A stretch of DNA of 64,000 nucleotides from Octopus sinensis (GCF_006345805.1 NC_043018.1:25792001-25856000), one strand, 5' to 3'; shown: positions 11,976-25,767, counted from the first letter of the stretch. Translations and numbers: made by a program. Notes: generated by a model not told the origin, from the letters alone.

Positions 11976-12376
11976 TATATACGCGTGGATGTATATACTG
12001 GTGTCCTTTGCTCTGTGGGACTGAACGACCACGACCGCACCGTCCATTTACTCATAAATCCTGAGAACATCGTACGAGTAGGCCGACAAAATCTGTGATT
12101 AATATTTCTTTATAAGGGTCTTAATTGCTCTACTACGTACCCTGTTATTCCCCATAATGATAACAAACATTTTTTCCGTTTTCTTTCCTCCTCTTTCGTA
12201 TCTTCTTCCTTCTCTTTGATTCTAAATCAAACCCACAATATCCATATTTTGCGCCTTACCTCATGCTTAAAAGTTCATAGGTCATCAGAAACTTAATTCC
12301 TTTATTTTTAATTTTCTTGTTGTTTTTTTTTTGTTGTTGTTGTTGTTGTTATTGACTTTTCTATTCATTTCAACTT

Positions 12377-12424
12377 ACCATTGTGTTGTGGCTCGCTCCG
12401 GAATTCCTAGCAACAATGTAAACA
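12377..12424 (-). promoter_or_regulatory. Candidate RFX X-box plus forkhead site upstream of ATG|GTAAGT
   Basis: attcctagcaac at 12403-12414, gtaaaca at 12418-12424, minus-strand ATG at 12381-12379 directly followed by GTAAGT. Confidence 0.25.
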
Positions 12425-12610
12425 TCACTGAGGTATCTTCGGCCTGATGACTTACTACGTTCAGGACAGTTCATTGTCCAATACTTGCATAATGAACTTC
12501 AGCTAATTAAGAAATATGTAGCTTACATTTTACCTGTTTCGTTCTTTTAAATGTAACTACACACGTGCTATCGTCGATTTCTTTCGCTTCGTAGGACTCT
12601 CCCTTTCTCC

Positions 12611-12643
12611 CTTCTGACGAGGTGCTATGCTTGAAACGTCAAG
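12611..12643 (+). ncRNA. Minimal hammerhead-like motif, partly degenerate
   Basis: ctt CTGACGA g gtgc tat gctt GAAAC GTC aag. Core intact, stem II weak. Confidence 0.5.
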
Positions 12644-12793
12644 CTCTCTCTTTTCACCTAGCGTCAAGGTAATACATTTCTTGTGCACGTCCTCTTGTTG
12701 TCAGACGGACAGACAGATAGCCAGATACAACAATAGATAAATAGTTAGTTAGATAGATAGATAGAGAGAGAGAGAGAGATAGATAGATAGATG

Positions 12794-12863
<70 letters not shown>

Positions 12864-13338
12864 CAGACGCTTGCATACATACATACATACATGCATCGAT
12901 ATATTAGCGAAAGTAGAGACACTATCACATCCTCTGTCTCTGTCGCGCCATCATTTTATGTGTATTATTTGCTCTAATACCTTCTTTTTTAAGATTTCCT
13001 CTTAATGGCTGCTATATTTAATTCGTGGTTGTAATCAGCAACAAAATTTTACAAGTCAGCGACCTAATTTCTGTATCAACATCTCCATATGTCAAGTTTA
13101 AATATTTCATTTTCATCATTCTTTTATTTTCCACTCGTTCAGGTTTTTTCATTCGTTCTTTCGTCTGTCTGTCTTTCTTGAATAATTTTTTCTTTATTTT
13201 CGTGTTGAAAGAAAATGTGCACATTAAATAGAAAAGAAATGAATATTTACAGTAAAGATTATTTGCCAACATAACGTAGCAGTTCTGATTGAGATTATTT
13301 ACAAATATATATTTTCTATTATATACATATATATATAT

Positions 13339-13464
<126 letters not shown>

Positions 13465-13936
13465 GCATATACATATATATGTATGTATATATACATACAT
13501 ATATATATATACATTTTTTATGTAATATATATACATATATGTATGTATATAAAATCAACATAAGCAACAAGGACATCCACACGTAATGTAGTACGATCGT
13601 TTCAAGCAACTCCATTTAATTGAACAACGCAATCATTACATCAATTTAAAAGATGAAGTGAAGACAGCATGTTCTTTGTCTATCTCTTTACCTTCTTGGA
13701 GATTTTAAGTAAAATTATACTAATGTGTCCATCTGTTTTAATTTAATTGAATTCTATGTCTTTATGCTGCTGAGGATTGCTCTGCATTGAAATTGCTTTC
13801 AAAATTCCTATACTTTTTCCTCCACGGGAATATTCTTTCCACATATATACATATATATATAGAGAGAGAGAGGGGAAGAGAGACAGAGAGATATAGAGAA
13901 AGAAAGAGAGAGCGAGAAACAGAGACAGACAGACAG

Positions 13937-13969
<33 letters not shown>

Positions 13970-14199
13970 CACGAAGGTGTGTTGAAAAGTTTCTGGTTTT
14001 GGGTAAAAAAGAAATAGAGGAGGATCAGTTAATTATGATTTTACTCAACATATTCCCCGCTCAGATTCACAGACTTACTGCAGTGATCCTTCTATTTTTA
14101 TAAGCCTTGTAAAAGAACTCGGAATGTTGGACCCTTATCAAGCCTCTCGCGATACCCATAAACCCAGAAACTGTTCTGCACTCCCGCTTGCAACTATAC

Positions 14200-14362
14200 A
14201 TTCTTTATTTTTTCTCACTGTTTCTGTGTTCCTTTCTGTGGAAGAGCGTAGGCTCGAAACGTTAAAGACTTTTTCACTTCCCGAGCGTTAAACTAATACA
14301 TCTGTTTGTTGTCTAAACTACCTATCTTCGTCTTTTTTTTTTTTTTGTGAGTTCTCCCCTAT
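14200..14362 (+). mobile_element. Short HHR-bearing dispersed element (variant-core family)
   Basis: cttt CTGTGGA a gagc gtag gctc GAAAC GTT aaag at 14232-14267. The body is homologous to the copies at 25603, 41095, 41545 and 44673. Confidence 0.7.
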
Positions 14363-14599
14363 ATACATATATATTATTTTTCTGCAATTTATGTGTTGTT
14401 TTTATAATAATGCATCCCTGCATTCTTATTCCGTTCTGGTAGGTTCGGACGCGAATGTCTCATCACTGTTGTTTTTCTTCATCGGAGAACACGATCAGGG
14501 AATCTACAATCTTTTATTGATCTCAAATTTTTGCAAAAAGCATGCATTTTCGAAGGAAGTGTATGTGGTGGTGGTGGTGGTGGTGGTGGTGGTGGTGGT

Positions 14600-14770
14600 G
14601 GAGGGGGTGGTCTAGTCGATTACATTAGCCTTGGTGACAGACTGCTAATTATTTCATTGATCTAGAATGGATGAAAGCAAACTTGACCTCGGCGGAATAT
14701 GAACTCAGAACGTAAAAACGGAGGTAATGCCGCTAAGTATTGTGCCTGGCTAACGGTTCTGCCTGCTTGC
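14600..14770 (-). mobile_element. SINE family B, diverged
   Basis: gacctcggcggaatatgaactcagaacg. Confidence 0.7.
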
Positions 14771-14774
14771 CATC

Positions 14775-15075
<301 letters not shown>

Positions 15076-16014
15076 ATCATGGACGTACACTAAAAGTTTT
15101 CTCCACAAAACAAATATAATCCGACAACATCGGTGCAATGGAAGGAAAACTTCGCATTACACCTCCGGGAAGAATTGTTTTCAAGCAAAGTATTTGGGAA
15201 ATTGGGAAACTGGAGAGATTTTTGTTATATAAGGAGTCGTTTCTTTCTTTTATGCACGATATCTCAATGTGATATGCCCACAAAATTGGAACCATCATAA
15301 AGAGGCCTGTATAAACACATCAAATACACACTAAGGACGTAAAGCGATCAATTACGTATACATGCAACTGTTATGCATGCAGGTACACGTTTGTATACTT
15401 ATAAGCAACATAGATAATTGCCCCCCTGACACATACGTACACGCGTACACAAAATATGCACATTTCACGACTGATGCAAAATAAACACAAGGCGACTTTC
15501 GAAAAGCGAATGCAAAAAGGGGGAAATCAGTCAGTGAGTTTAAAACATCACTAAACAGTTATGCCCGGCAACATATCTTCCAGTAAAAATGGAGGCGAAT
15601 TTCGATCTATAAGCCTCATGCGATTATGATTTGAGAAGCATATCGATTTGAATCACTCGGAAGCGGTGTTCTGTCATGAAGATAAATCTGAACAGACCCG
15701 TCTTCTAACGTCACTGTCAATCACTTAATGATAACAAGACAAAATTCAAGCCGGATCGGTCATCGCCCGGGACAACGAGGGCCACGTTGCCCAGTGGGGA
15801 ACCAGATTGGGGTCGAAAAGCCTGCTCCTGGAACAAACACTCAAAAAGATGATCTACCGAGTAACTAGAACCAGGGTCGCCCTAAACGAAACCTCGCCCA
15901 AATTCAGTGATCGAACAAGTGAAAGCAGGACTCTACACCAATCATGGGCAAGCAGCGAACCGCGGACCGCTATGAATGACACGTCTAAAGAAAAGTTATC
16001 TTGAATTTGTTTTA

Positions 16015-16085
16015 GCAGTCCGGCCCCTCAGATTATGAGCGGAGTTTCGTTCGGCCCACTTCACAAAAAATGTTGCCCACGTCAT
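16015..16085 (+). mobile_element. Possible hAT subterminal fragment
   Basis: gtccggcccc...cggccc..aaaaaatgttgcccac resembles Charlie/hAT right ends. Confidence 0.3.
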
Positions 16086-16449
16086 TCGAGCAGCTACGAA
16101 TTACAGCCAACTCACCTCCCAGTTTACACCCTATTATCTTTACAAAATGATAATAGCATACTGTGATCTGGATCATTCTACAGAGAAATTAATGTAGTCA
16201 TATATACACTATCTTCCATGAAATACTAAAATTGTGAGATGGTTACGGATGGCTACAGTAACTTCGAAAATTTTGTTTCAGCAAGATTAACCAAGAGCTA
16301 AACGAGAACAGCAACAGCAGTGCTGCAGTAACATATTTTTTCTGTTATAGGCACAAAACCTAAAATTTTGATGGAGGGCCCTAAGAACCACCCAACATCG
16401 AATAATGTAAGAATGACTTAAGTTCTGGTGTCCATTGCATCGATCATAG

Positions 16450-17070
16450 AGCTTAACTATTACTTATTTTATTGATAGTGAAAGGATGAAAGGCAAGTCA
16501 AGCACGGTTGCATTCGATTTTAGGACGTGAAGCCAGAGGAAATACCTATTTCTTTACTACCCATAAGGGGCTAAACACAGAGAGGACAAACAAGGACAGA
16601 CAAACGGATTAAGTCGATTACACCGACCCCAGTGCGTAACTGGTACTTATTTAATCGACCCCGAAAGGATGAAAGGCAAAGTCGACCTCGGCGGAATTTG
16701 AACTCAGAACGTAACGGCAGACGAAATATGGCTACGCATTTCGCCCGGCGTGCTAACGATTCTGCCAGGGGAAATACCTATTTCTTTACTACCCACAAGG
16801 GGCTAAACACAGAGAGGACAAACAAGGACAGACAAACGGATTAAGTCGATTATATCGACCCCAGTGCGTAACTGGTACTTATTTAATCGACCCCAAAAGG
16901 ATGAAAGGCAAAGTCGACCTCGGCGGAATTTGAACTCAGAACGTAACTGCAGACGAAATACGGCTACGCATTTCGCCCGGCGTGCTAACGATTCTGCCAG
17001 AGGAAATACCGCTTTGCATTTTGTCAGATGTGCTCACGATTCTACAAACTCGCCGACTTATAACGTTGAC
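16450..17070 (-). mobile_element. SINE family B tandem dimer (232-bp period) nested in an older family B copy
   Basis: Units 16547-16778 and 16779-17010. The 15-mer gccag(a/g)ggaaatacc occurs at 16532, 16764 and 16996. Confidence 0.9.
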
Positions 17071-17259
17071 AATAACAGCCATATTATTTCTTATCGCTAT
17101 TGCTTTTGTGACTAACTTACAAAAGTATAAATAAATAATAACTAAATCCTATGTAATTATAGTTTACCAAGCAACGTTATTGTTTTTAACAAAAAGCGTC
17201 CTCTCACATAGACGTGAAAAATGACATTTCAAATGTAAAATATAAAGTTGCATTTTGTT

Positions 17260-17280
17260 AAATGGCGGCGTGTGACGTCA
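17260..17280. promoter_or_regulatory. Adjacent YY1-like (AAATGGCGGC) and palindromic CRE (TGACGTCA) motifs
   Basis: Exact motifs at 17260-17269 and 17273-17280 in unique, CpG-containing sequence. Confidence 0.3.
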
Positions 17281-17697
17281 TCTGATCACAGACGCCATCA
17301 AAAAGTCATACCTTACTGCAAAAACAAAAGACACTAAAGGCGGCCTAGACCAGACGAAAGATATCTGACAAGAAATTTTACGCGAAATTTCAAAGCTACC
17401 ACCACCACTACTACTACAAATAGCAGTAATAACAGTATCATCTAATACAACAGCAGCAATAAAAATGACAAGAACATAAAATACTCTCGACAGAAAAATC
17501 GTTTGTTAGACGGACATGAAATACTCTGAACAAAAAAAAAACAGACAAACAAATTAACTATCAAAACTTTTGTATAAAAATATGATTGCTATGTGGATTG
17601 TACTTATACGTGCTTTATAGGTTAAAAGGTTGTATCAATTGTAAATAAAACTGCATATGAATGAATACATATGGACATATGTTAGAAATATATAATA

Positions 17698-18018
17698 CTA
17701 GCAGTATCGCCCGGCGTTGCTCGGGTTTGTAAGGGAAATAACTATATAAACATTTTTAGAGAGTTATAGCCAAAAAATAGCAAAAAATGCATTAAAAATG
17801 GGAAAAAAATGATGGTAAATTTTTTTAAATCGTTGACTCATCGTAGACATTTTTAGAGAGTTACTTCCCTTATATAATAGCGAAAAAATGCATTAAAATG
17901 GAAAAAAATGATGGTAATTTTTTTTTTAAATCGTAGACTTATCGTAGACGCGCGCTAATACCCAGAAGGGCTCGATATGTATCACGACTATAAGATACCT
18001 CTCTTTTATATATAAAGA
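17698..18018 (-). mobile_element. Non-autonomous Helitron, internally deleted
   Basis: Minus strand: A|TCTTTATATATAAAAG at the 5' end, and cccg-agcaacgc-cggg hairpin followed by CTAG|T at the 3' end. Homologous to 37623-38021. Confidence 0.85.
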
Positions 18019-19369
18019 TATGTGAGTGTGCGTCTATTCTACTGCAACTAGTTTAATAATGACTTCTACGGTAAAGGGCATGTAACTCTGATTTTCTTTT
18101 CTTTTCTTTACTTTTTCTATTTTTGTTCACTCTTCCACTTTTTGTGTCAACCTTCCTATGTCTTTTTACGCGTTTTTTCTCGTGGTTTCTCATGTACAAG
18201 CGTCTTGATATCCAAATAGAACACATCCCATGGCCCACGGGCTCAGAGGCTGCACATTGCTTGGTATCGCAATGTACTTTATAAAATCCTGCCTAACCAT
18301 GTGTCTTCCCAACAAGGAACCATTAATAGCCCTTTATACAGTACACATTAAGCAATATAAATATATATACATATATATATATATATGATGAGTAAGAAGT
18401 TAAACTCATATATATATACATACATATATGTGTGAGTATGCATATGTAACAATGTGTTCGCGCATGTATATATATATACGTATAAGCACGAATATGTGTA
18501 CGTCTGGATGCATATATATGTGTGATTATATCCGTGTGTCTGTATATAACAGACCTTGTTCTGTTATTGGGGTATTGAAGCGCTGTTGGTTGTGCGAATT
18601 TTGGGTTTTCTTCTTAGACCTTAACACCAGGAGCGCTAAATTTCCGGTGGCATCTCTCTGAATCTTTGAAAATCACAAAAGCACTTTCCGACGACAAGGA
18701 TCGTCAGAGGAAAAGGGGAGGAAATGCTGCTAAGCATATTTCCAGCGTGCTAACGATTCTAGCGGCTCATTGGCATAAAAATTCTTTCTAAATTTTGGCA
18801 CAGGGCCAGCAATGTTGAGGGAAAGAGAAAATCGATTATATCGACCCCAATACTTAACTGGTACTTATTTCATCGGTTCCACCATAACAAAAAAACACAG
18901 CAACAACAAAAATAGTCACAACCACAAGCATACCAACCACATATATACAACGAGGGAAACATATAAATACTATGCCAAACGTCGAACACAAAAGCACCAA
19001 ACACCACCAGCAACATTGCTGTGAGCAGAGTGCGACGATGTGAAAATACAATAGAGAATTGTCGTTCAGATAGACCATCAGTTAACACGTTAGAAGCCCG
19101 GCATCGTTATTATTGAGGAAAATGGCAATAACAAATTATCAACATAGTCGTACCAAACGGCTGGCATGTTTAACAGAAAAGTACTGAAGACCTAAAGAGT
19201 CACTCAGTCTCAGCTGAGGATGAATTAATACCATTTTTGCTGTTAATCTATCACTAATTTGCAGCTGATATAACACAGAGTTATTTCTATAAGAACAAAA
19301 ACAAATTATCACTTAGGATACACATTAGCATTTTTGAAGAAAATAACACAACTGAGAATTCTTTTTTTT

Positions 19370-19769
19370 TTACTCTTTTTTACTTGTTTCAGTCATTTTG
19401 ACTGCGACCATGCTAGAGCACCGCATTTAGTCGAGCAAATCGACCCCAGGACTTATCCTTTGTAAGCCTAGTACTTATTCGTCTCTTTTGCCGAACCGCT
19501 AAGTTACGGGGGACATAAACACACCTGCACCGGTTGTCAAGCGATGTTGGGAGACAAACACAGACGCACAAACACACACACACATATATATACATATACA
19601 TATATACGATGAGCTTCTTTCAGTTTCCGTCTACCAAACCCACTCACAAGGCTTTGGTCGGCTCGAGGCTATAGTAGAAGACACTTGCCCAAAGTGCCAC
19701 AAGTGAGACTGAACCCGGAACCATGTGGTTGGTAAGCAAGCTTCTTACCACACAGCCACTCCTGTGCCT
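19370..19769 (-). mobile_element. SINE family A, full length
   Basis: Reverse complement of 4426-4832. Confidence 0.9.
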
Positions 19770-20127
19770 ATTGTAAATATTGTCAATATATTCTCACACA
19801 CCCTTTGTTATTCCTGAATATTAATCTTGCCCTTCACGTTGATTTTGACCCCCTGGAATGCTTTCAACATTCACTGTGTTCTAGTGATATCCAATAATGC
19901 TTTATAGACACCAACTACGTGCAGATAAATCGGTTACTAAAGCAATAGGACCTGATTTAGCAATGTGCCATGAGCAATCGGTCTACATGACGAGGTACAA
20001 TGGCACCATGTGCCGCTAATTTAAACATAAATCAAAATAATGACAACACAATCACAAAATCGATTCGCTAAATCTAGGGAAAAAAATCAATCCTGTGATT
20101 TGCCCACAAATGAAGAGCATAATACCG

Positions 20128-20510
20128 GGAAGCACTCCGTCGGTTACGACGACGAGGGTTCCGGTTGATCCGAACAACGGAACAGCCTGCTCGTGAAATT
20201 AACGTGCAAGTGGCTGAGCACTCCACAGACACGTGTACCCTTAACGTAGTTCTCGGGGATATTCAGCGTGACACAGAGAGTGACAAGGCTGACCCTTTGA
20301 AATACAGGTACAACAGAAACAGGAAGTAAGAGTGAGAGAAAGTTGTGGTGAAAGAGTACAGCAGGGATCACCACCATCCCCTGCCGGAGCCTCGTGGAGC
20401 TTTTAGGTGTTTTTCGCTCAATAAACACTCACAACGCCCGGTCTGGGAATCGAAACCGCGATCCTACGACCGCGAGTCCGCTGCCCTAACCACTGGGCCA
20501 TTGCGCCTCC
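20128..20510 (-). mobile_element. tRNA-derived SINE family C, full length, with 14-bp TSD
   Basis: tRNA-like head ggaggcgcaatggcccagtggttagggcagcggactcgcgg..ggtttcgattccc. TSD aagagcataatacc at 20113-20126 and 20517-20530. Confidence 0.92.
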
Positions 20511-20559
20511 ACTCCTAAGAGCATAATACCATGAAACGTACGAAAAAACATTTAAAAAT

Positions 20560-21580
20560 CGAACCGAATATCTCTAGCGTAACACGAAAATAAAAAAACA
20601 GAAATTATTGTAAGGCAAATTAATATAACACAGCGTAAACTACAACAGATCACTCCACAAACATGGTGGACAGAACATAAAGGCAATACAACGCACACCG
20701 TGACCCATCAAATGTTAGACAACATCAAACCTAATATTGACAAATAATCACAATAATAAGCATTCAGCCATTATGGTCAATACAAATGAATGAATGCAGT
20801 GATAGAAAATACGACTGACGAAAATAAACAGACGTTTGAGGATATACGGTATGCAAGCTAAAGACGGGTAATTAATCATCTAAATATCATGGCATGAGGT
20901 ACAAAAAACAGAGAACTAATCAAATTAGTTAACCGAGTATTGGAAATATTTACTGAGGCTATAAACGAAATAGATGTAACAGATTTGAATGGAGTAATGT
21001 GCGTCAGTACATGTGTGGTGAGTAAAACGGAAGGCTGTTAAATAAGAGACAAAAACTTATTCAAACAGATTCTGTTTCAGAATAAAAGATCCAAGAGGAC
21101 ATAAATCGGAAAAGATAATATATAGCTTAAAATATTTGAGATCTACAACAAGGACACAACAATGGCTTCTACAGAAAGCAAAGTTATTCAGAAAAATAGA
21201 ATCATGAAATTAAAAAAAAAAGAAATATTTATTCAACAGATGAAAATGAAAGCATGTAGAATACAGTGGCCAAAAAAAATATCTTTCAAATAAAAAATAA
21301 CGTTTCGTAACAATAAGCATGACCTTTGCAGGGAGTTAAATAGGAAACGATTAAGTAGAAAATCCACAAAGTAAGAGTTATGTTGACATATATCCGAAGA
21401 AATACGGGAAGCAGAAAATACAAATGAAACGAATCAACAAAATCATAAAACAAAAGAAAGATTAAACAATGTCACGTGACAAGGATGGAAAGACACCGCA
21501 GAAGAAAATATGTTGAAGGCTATGAATAGAAACGGTCCCTGGGAATCCTCTAATTTAGATAAAATGCAGAATTCCAGGAT
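20560..21580 (+). mobile_element. Possible very decayed R4/Dong-like pre-RT region
   Basis: GPWESSNLDKMQNSRIK resembles the WKxPGxDKIQNFWIK motif. The upstream sequence is A-rich and coding-like. Confidence 0.35.
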
Positions 21581-22000
21581 AAAACTCCAATATGTGTTAC
21601 CCAAAATATGGTCAAATTTTTTAATAAGATATCTGTCAAATTTTGATACAACGCCAGCAATTTGGAGCGGACGACGTAGATAAATTCTTTAAGCAAGGAG
21701 GTATTACCTTCAGTAACATACCACTGCCACGTTACTTTTCTGTTACAACTGACTGCTATCTAGAAGTTCCCAGTGTTATTATTCGCTACTAAAAAATACA
21801 TATTTTTAAGGGTTGATTTTTATCGAGTAAATTTACGCTTTCACTTATTATATTGTCTTTTGTTTTTGAGGTTCGTAGGTGGTGGGGTTCTGTTTTGTCA
21901 TTTGAAAAATTACACCTGTCTGCAAGATCAGCTAAATCTGTTCTCTCTCTCTCCCGCTCTCTCGCACTATCTCTCTATCTCTTTCACCCCTTTCTCTCGT

Positions 22001-22058
<58 letters not shown>

Positions 22059-22386
22059 TGCTTGTACTTTAAGCTGTTACGTTTACAATTATCAAGTAGG
22101 AACTTTCTAGCTTCTCCAGAACGACAAACCATACTGAAATGAATGCAAACACATTAAATGAGATAGTCACATGTCTAAAAACAAGTGATCTTGTCTACCG
22201 AGATACTGAGATAAACGTTCGGAAGATTTCCTCTTTGAAAATAATCAAACAAAAACACAATTTATCAAACAGAAAACTTGGCAAAATTCCAAATACCTAG
22301 AATATCTAGAAGCAGTTTCACAATACGACTGTTCACGCCAAAGCAAACAGCAACACTACTACTACTAATACTAATACTAATACTAA

Positions 22387-22419
<33 letters not shown>

Positions 22420-22522
22420 TGCCCTTACTATTATTGTTACTATTGCTAATGATGGTCGCTCCCGTCAGTTTCAACGTATGAGTGTTTGAAGGAGAGGAGT
22501 TAAAATTAAAGAAAGAAAGAAA

Positions 22523-22559
<37 letters not shown>

Positions 22560-22744
22560 AAAAAAGAAAGAAAGAAAGAAAGAAAGAAAAACACTAAAAA
22601 CCTGGATCTATTTGCGATGGATGCCTGAATGTAATTTCGGTCCAGGAATGGATTTTGCTTTGGAGTCTATATTTAAGAAATAAGGAATTATGTACATTAA
22701 TTACATTACTTACATCTGACGGATATATGTCCTAATCTTATTTG

Positions 22745-23155
22745 TTTCTCAACACTGGTTCTAACTCCTTTATGGCATTCTGCTGGTCAAGATTACCGTT
22801 AAATGTTTCTGTCATTTTTTCTTTGATAAAGGTAGCTTTTGCACATTTATCGAGGCCAAATTGCATCCTGATGTCATCACTGAATTGTTTAACAATTGCT
22901 AGTAAGCCCTGTAGCTGTTGGTCATTTTTTGCAAAGAGATTTAAGTTATTCATGTAAAAGGGATGATTTATATTTTCATCAAATATTTTATAGCCATATT
23001 GTACATCATCGAGCTATTTCTAGAGATGTACCAAGGCTAGACAAAAGAGGAGCGGTAATAGAGATTCACCCAAGAAAATGCCACATGGAATTTTTACATC
23101 TCCAGTATTGAGAGATTCATTGTCACTGTTCAAAGTCTGTTTGGTTCTCTATGAT
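22745..23155 (-). mobile_element. R4/Dong-like non-LTR retrotransposon, RT fragment
   Basis: GIFLGESLLPLLFCLAL...YMNNLNLFAKNDQQLQGLLAIVKQFSDDIRMQFGLDKCAK, a decayed QGDSLSP / YMDDLKL region. Its 5' end abuts (AAT)n. Confidence 0.8.
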
Positions 23156-23271
23156 CTCAATTATTATTATTATTATTATTATCATTATTATTGTTGTTGT
23201 TGTTGTTGTTGTTATCATTATTATTATTATCATAATTGTTATTATCATTATTATTATTGTTATTATTATTA

Positions 23272-23331
<60 letters not shown>

Positions 23332-23624
23332 TATTCAGTAGTCTTTTTTTCATTACATACTTTCTCAGCACTACCAGGAACACTATAATAATAATTATTA
23401 TTACTTCTACCCTGGGCACAAGACCATGAAAATTAGGGGGAATGGGGCTAGTTGATTACACCAACCACAGTGCGTAACTGGTACTCATTTCATCCTTTTG
23501 GGTCGATAAAATATGTACCACTTGAATATTGCGGTCGAAGTGAACGGCTAACTTCTTCCCGGAAAATTTCAGGCCTTGAACCTATAGTATAAAGGATTAT
23601 TTTTACAACTATTGTTGCTTTTGA

Positions 23625-23709
23625 GAAGAAGAAGAAGAAGAAGAAGAAGAAGAAGAAGAAGAAGAAGAAGAAGAAGAAGAAGAAGAAGAAGAAGAAGAAG
23701 AAGAAGAAG

Positions 23710-23739
<30 letters not shown>
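23625..23739. repeat. Pure (GAA)n tract
   Basis: Direct inspection. Confidence 0.98.
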
Positions 23740-23740
<1 letters not shown>

Positions 23741-24403
23741 GTTAAACCGCATCCACAACAGCCTTCTTTGAAAGATATCCTTTAACGGTAATAATGGAAC
23801 AAGTAACTGTTTAAGAAATACGTTCTTTTAATCGTAAAATTTATTGATCTGTACGTCCTATGATTTATAATTACAAATATTGATGCCAGCCGGCGTCGGA
23901 TATCGCGTGTAAACAGACACGGACCTAACAACACCATTCCGATACGGTTTCCCTACATAGAAGTGACAAACGAAAAAAACGATCAAGAACACACCAATTA
24001 GTCCAAAATTAAAAACTGGGATGAGTACCGACAATGTGCGAAGAAAATGGAGCATACAAAAACTTGACAACACTAAGTTTATATTAAGATAGAACTCATG
24101 AATAATTTTGACTATTTAAATGAAGCACGAGTCTTTAGTCATCATATCGCCCAAATAAAACGGAACGTATTTATTTACAAGAGATAATAACCTAGTTTGG
24201 TTTATAAATTTACTTCGTAAATTTGCTATAGCTGAAATAGCGAGTGACTAATCGAATTACCTTCCACCCACAACAAATCATGCAAGCGTAGATGGCAGCT
24301 TGATTTTCAGGATATTTTTTAATATTTCTACTCCACATAAAATTATTCAAAATTCTGCGCTTTTCTTCAATGATAAATCTTTTAAAATTCATTTGTAGGC
24401 ATT

Positions 24404-24480
<77 letters not shown>

Positions 24481-24484
24481 ATAT

Positions 24485-24835
24485 ATTACAAATTTAAGAT
24501 TTTACCAATAGAACTGCAACTCCTATATCAGGATAACCTTATTATATGGAATACACATAGAAAGTTATATCCGATAAAATAATATAAGCATTTAAAAAAA
24601 CATGTTATAAAATAAAATAAAATTATTTGAAAAATATTTGAAAAAATACATGAAAAAGTATATATATAACATATATATTTTTTCAAATATTTTTCAAATA
24701 ATTTTATTTTATTTTAAAACATGTTTTTTAAATGCTTATATTATTTTATTGGATATAACTTTCTATGTGTATTCCACATAAGGTTATCATGAAATAGGAG
24801 TTGCGGTTCTATTGGTAAAATCCTAAATTTGTAAT
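24485..24835. repeat. Inverted repeat, ~165-bp arms and ~30-bp AT spacer
   Basis: 24485-24645 is the reverse complement of about 24677-24835, with few mismatches. Confidence 0.85.
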
Positions 24836-24944
24836 CATATAAGTGATACTGTTTACATTGCATTAGTGAAGTGTAAAATAGTAAATATCCTGATAACCTG
24901 GAATACTTATAATTCTCTAAGATTTTAAATATATGTGTGTGTGT

Positions 24945-25162
24945 GTATGTCTGGTTTCGTCCCCAACCACCCCTTGACAACCGGTGCTTTTGTGTTTACG
25001 TCCCCGTGTACAAGCGGATCGGCAAAAGAGATCGATAGAATAAATACCAGTCTTGAAAAAACAAGTACTGGGTTCGATACATTCGACTAAAAACTCGTCT
25101 AGGGGTGCTCCATCATGGCTGCATTCCAGTGACTGAAACAAATAAATGTTAAACGATAAAAG
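24945..25162 (+). mobile_element. SINE family A, 3' half
   Basis: cttgacaaccggtgc..gactgaaac. Confidence 0.75.
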
Positions 25163-25399
25163 ATACTTATATCCTTATATACATGTCTCGTTTATGAATT
25201 CGTAACACTTCGCGTATTAGTAATTCTGTTGTATGATTTATTCATCACAGCGTATAAATATGCATTCAATCTTGCGGGCTAACATACAGCTATAACATCG
25301 ACTGTTTGGAAGCTCCAAAGCCTCTTCGGAATACTGACTTTTAGGAACCAGGAGTGGGAGCACTCTAAATGAAGCAAATATCAAATTTATTTTGGAAAT

Positions 25400-25565
25400 T
25401 ATGCACAACCGTCGCTGTGCAGTGAGAGATTTGCTCCCCAACCACATGATCCCGCGTTGAGTTTAACTGCCTAGCAATGTGGGAGAGTCTCTTCTACTAT
25501 ATAACCTCGGGTCGGCCAAAGCCTTGTGAGAGGATTTGGTAGAGCGAAACTAAAAGGACCCCGTC
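25400..25565 (+). mobile_element. SINE family A, degenerate 5' half
   Basis: ggccaaagccttgtgagaggatttggtag. Confidence 0.65.
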
Positions 25566-25602
25566 GTCTCTCTCTCTCTCTCTGTATATATATATATATG
25601 AT

Positions 25603-25767
25603 GAGAATTTACAAAGCAAAAAAAAAAGACGAAGACGGGTGTGTAAACAAAACAGATGTATGAGAAGTGAGAAAGTCTTTTACGTTTCGAGCCTACGCTC
25701 TTCGACAGAAAGGAACAGAAATAAACAGGGAGAGAAAATTTATAAAATGGTTTAGTGGCTAGCGATC

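Noticed and set aside
20440-20510. tRNA genes at SINE heads
   Set aside because: They continue into SINE bodies with TSDs, so they are not stand-alone tRNAs.
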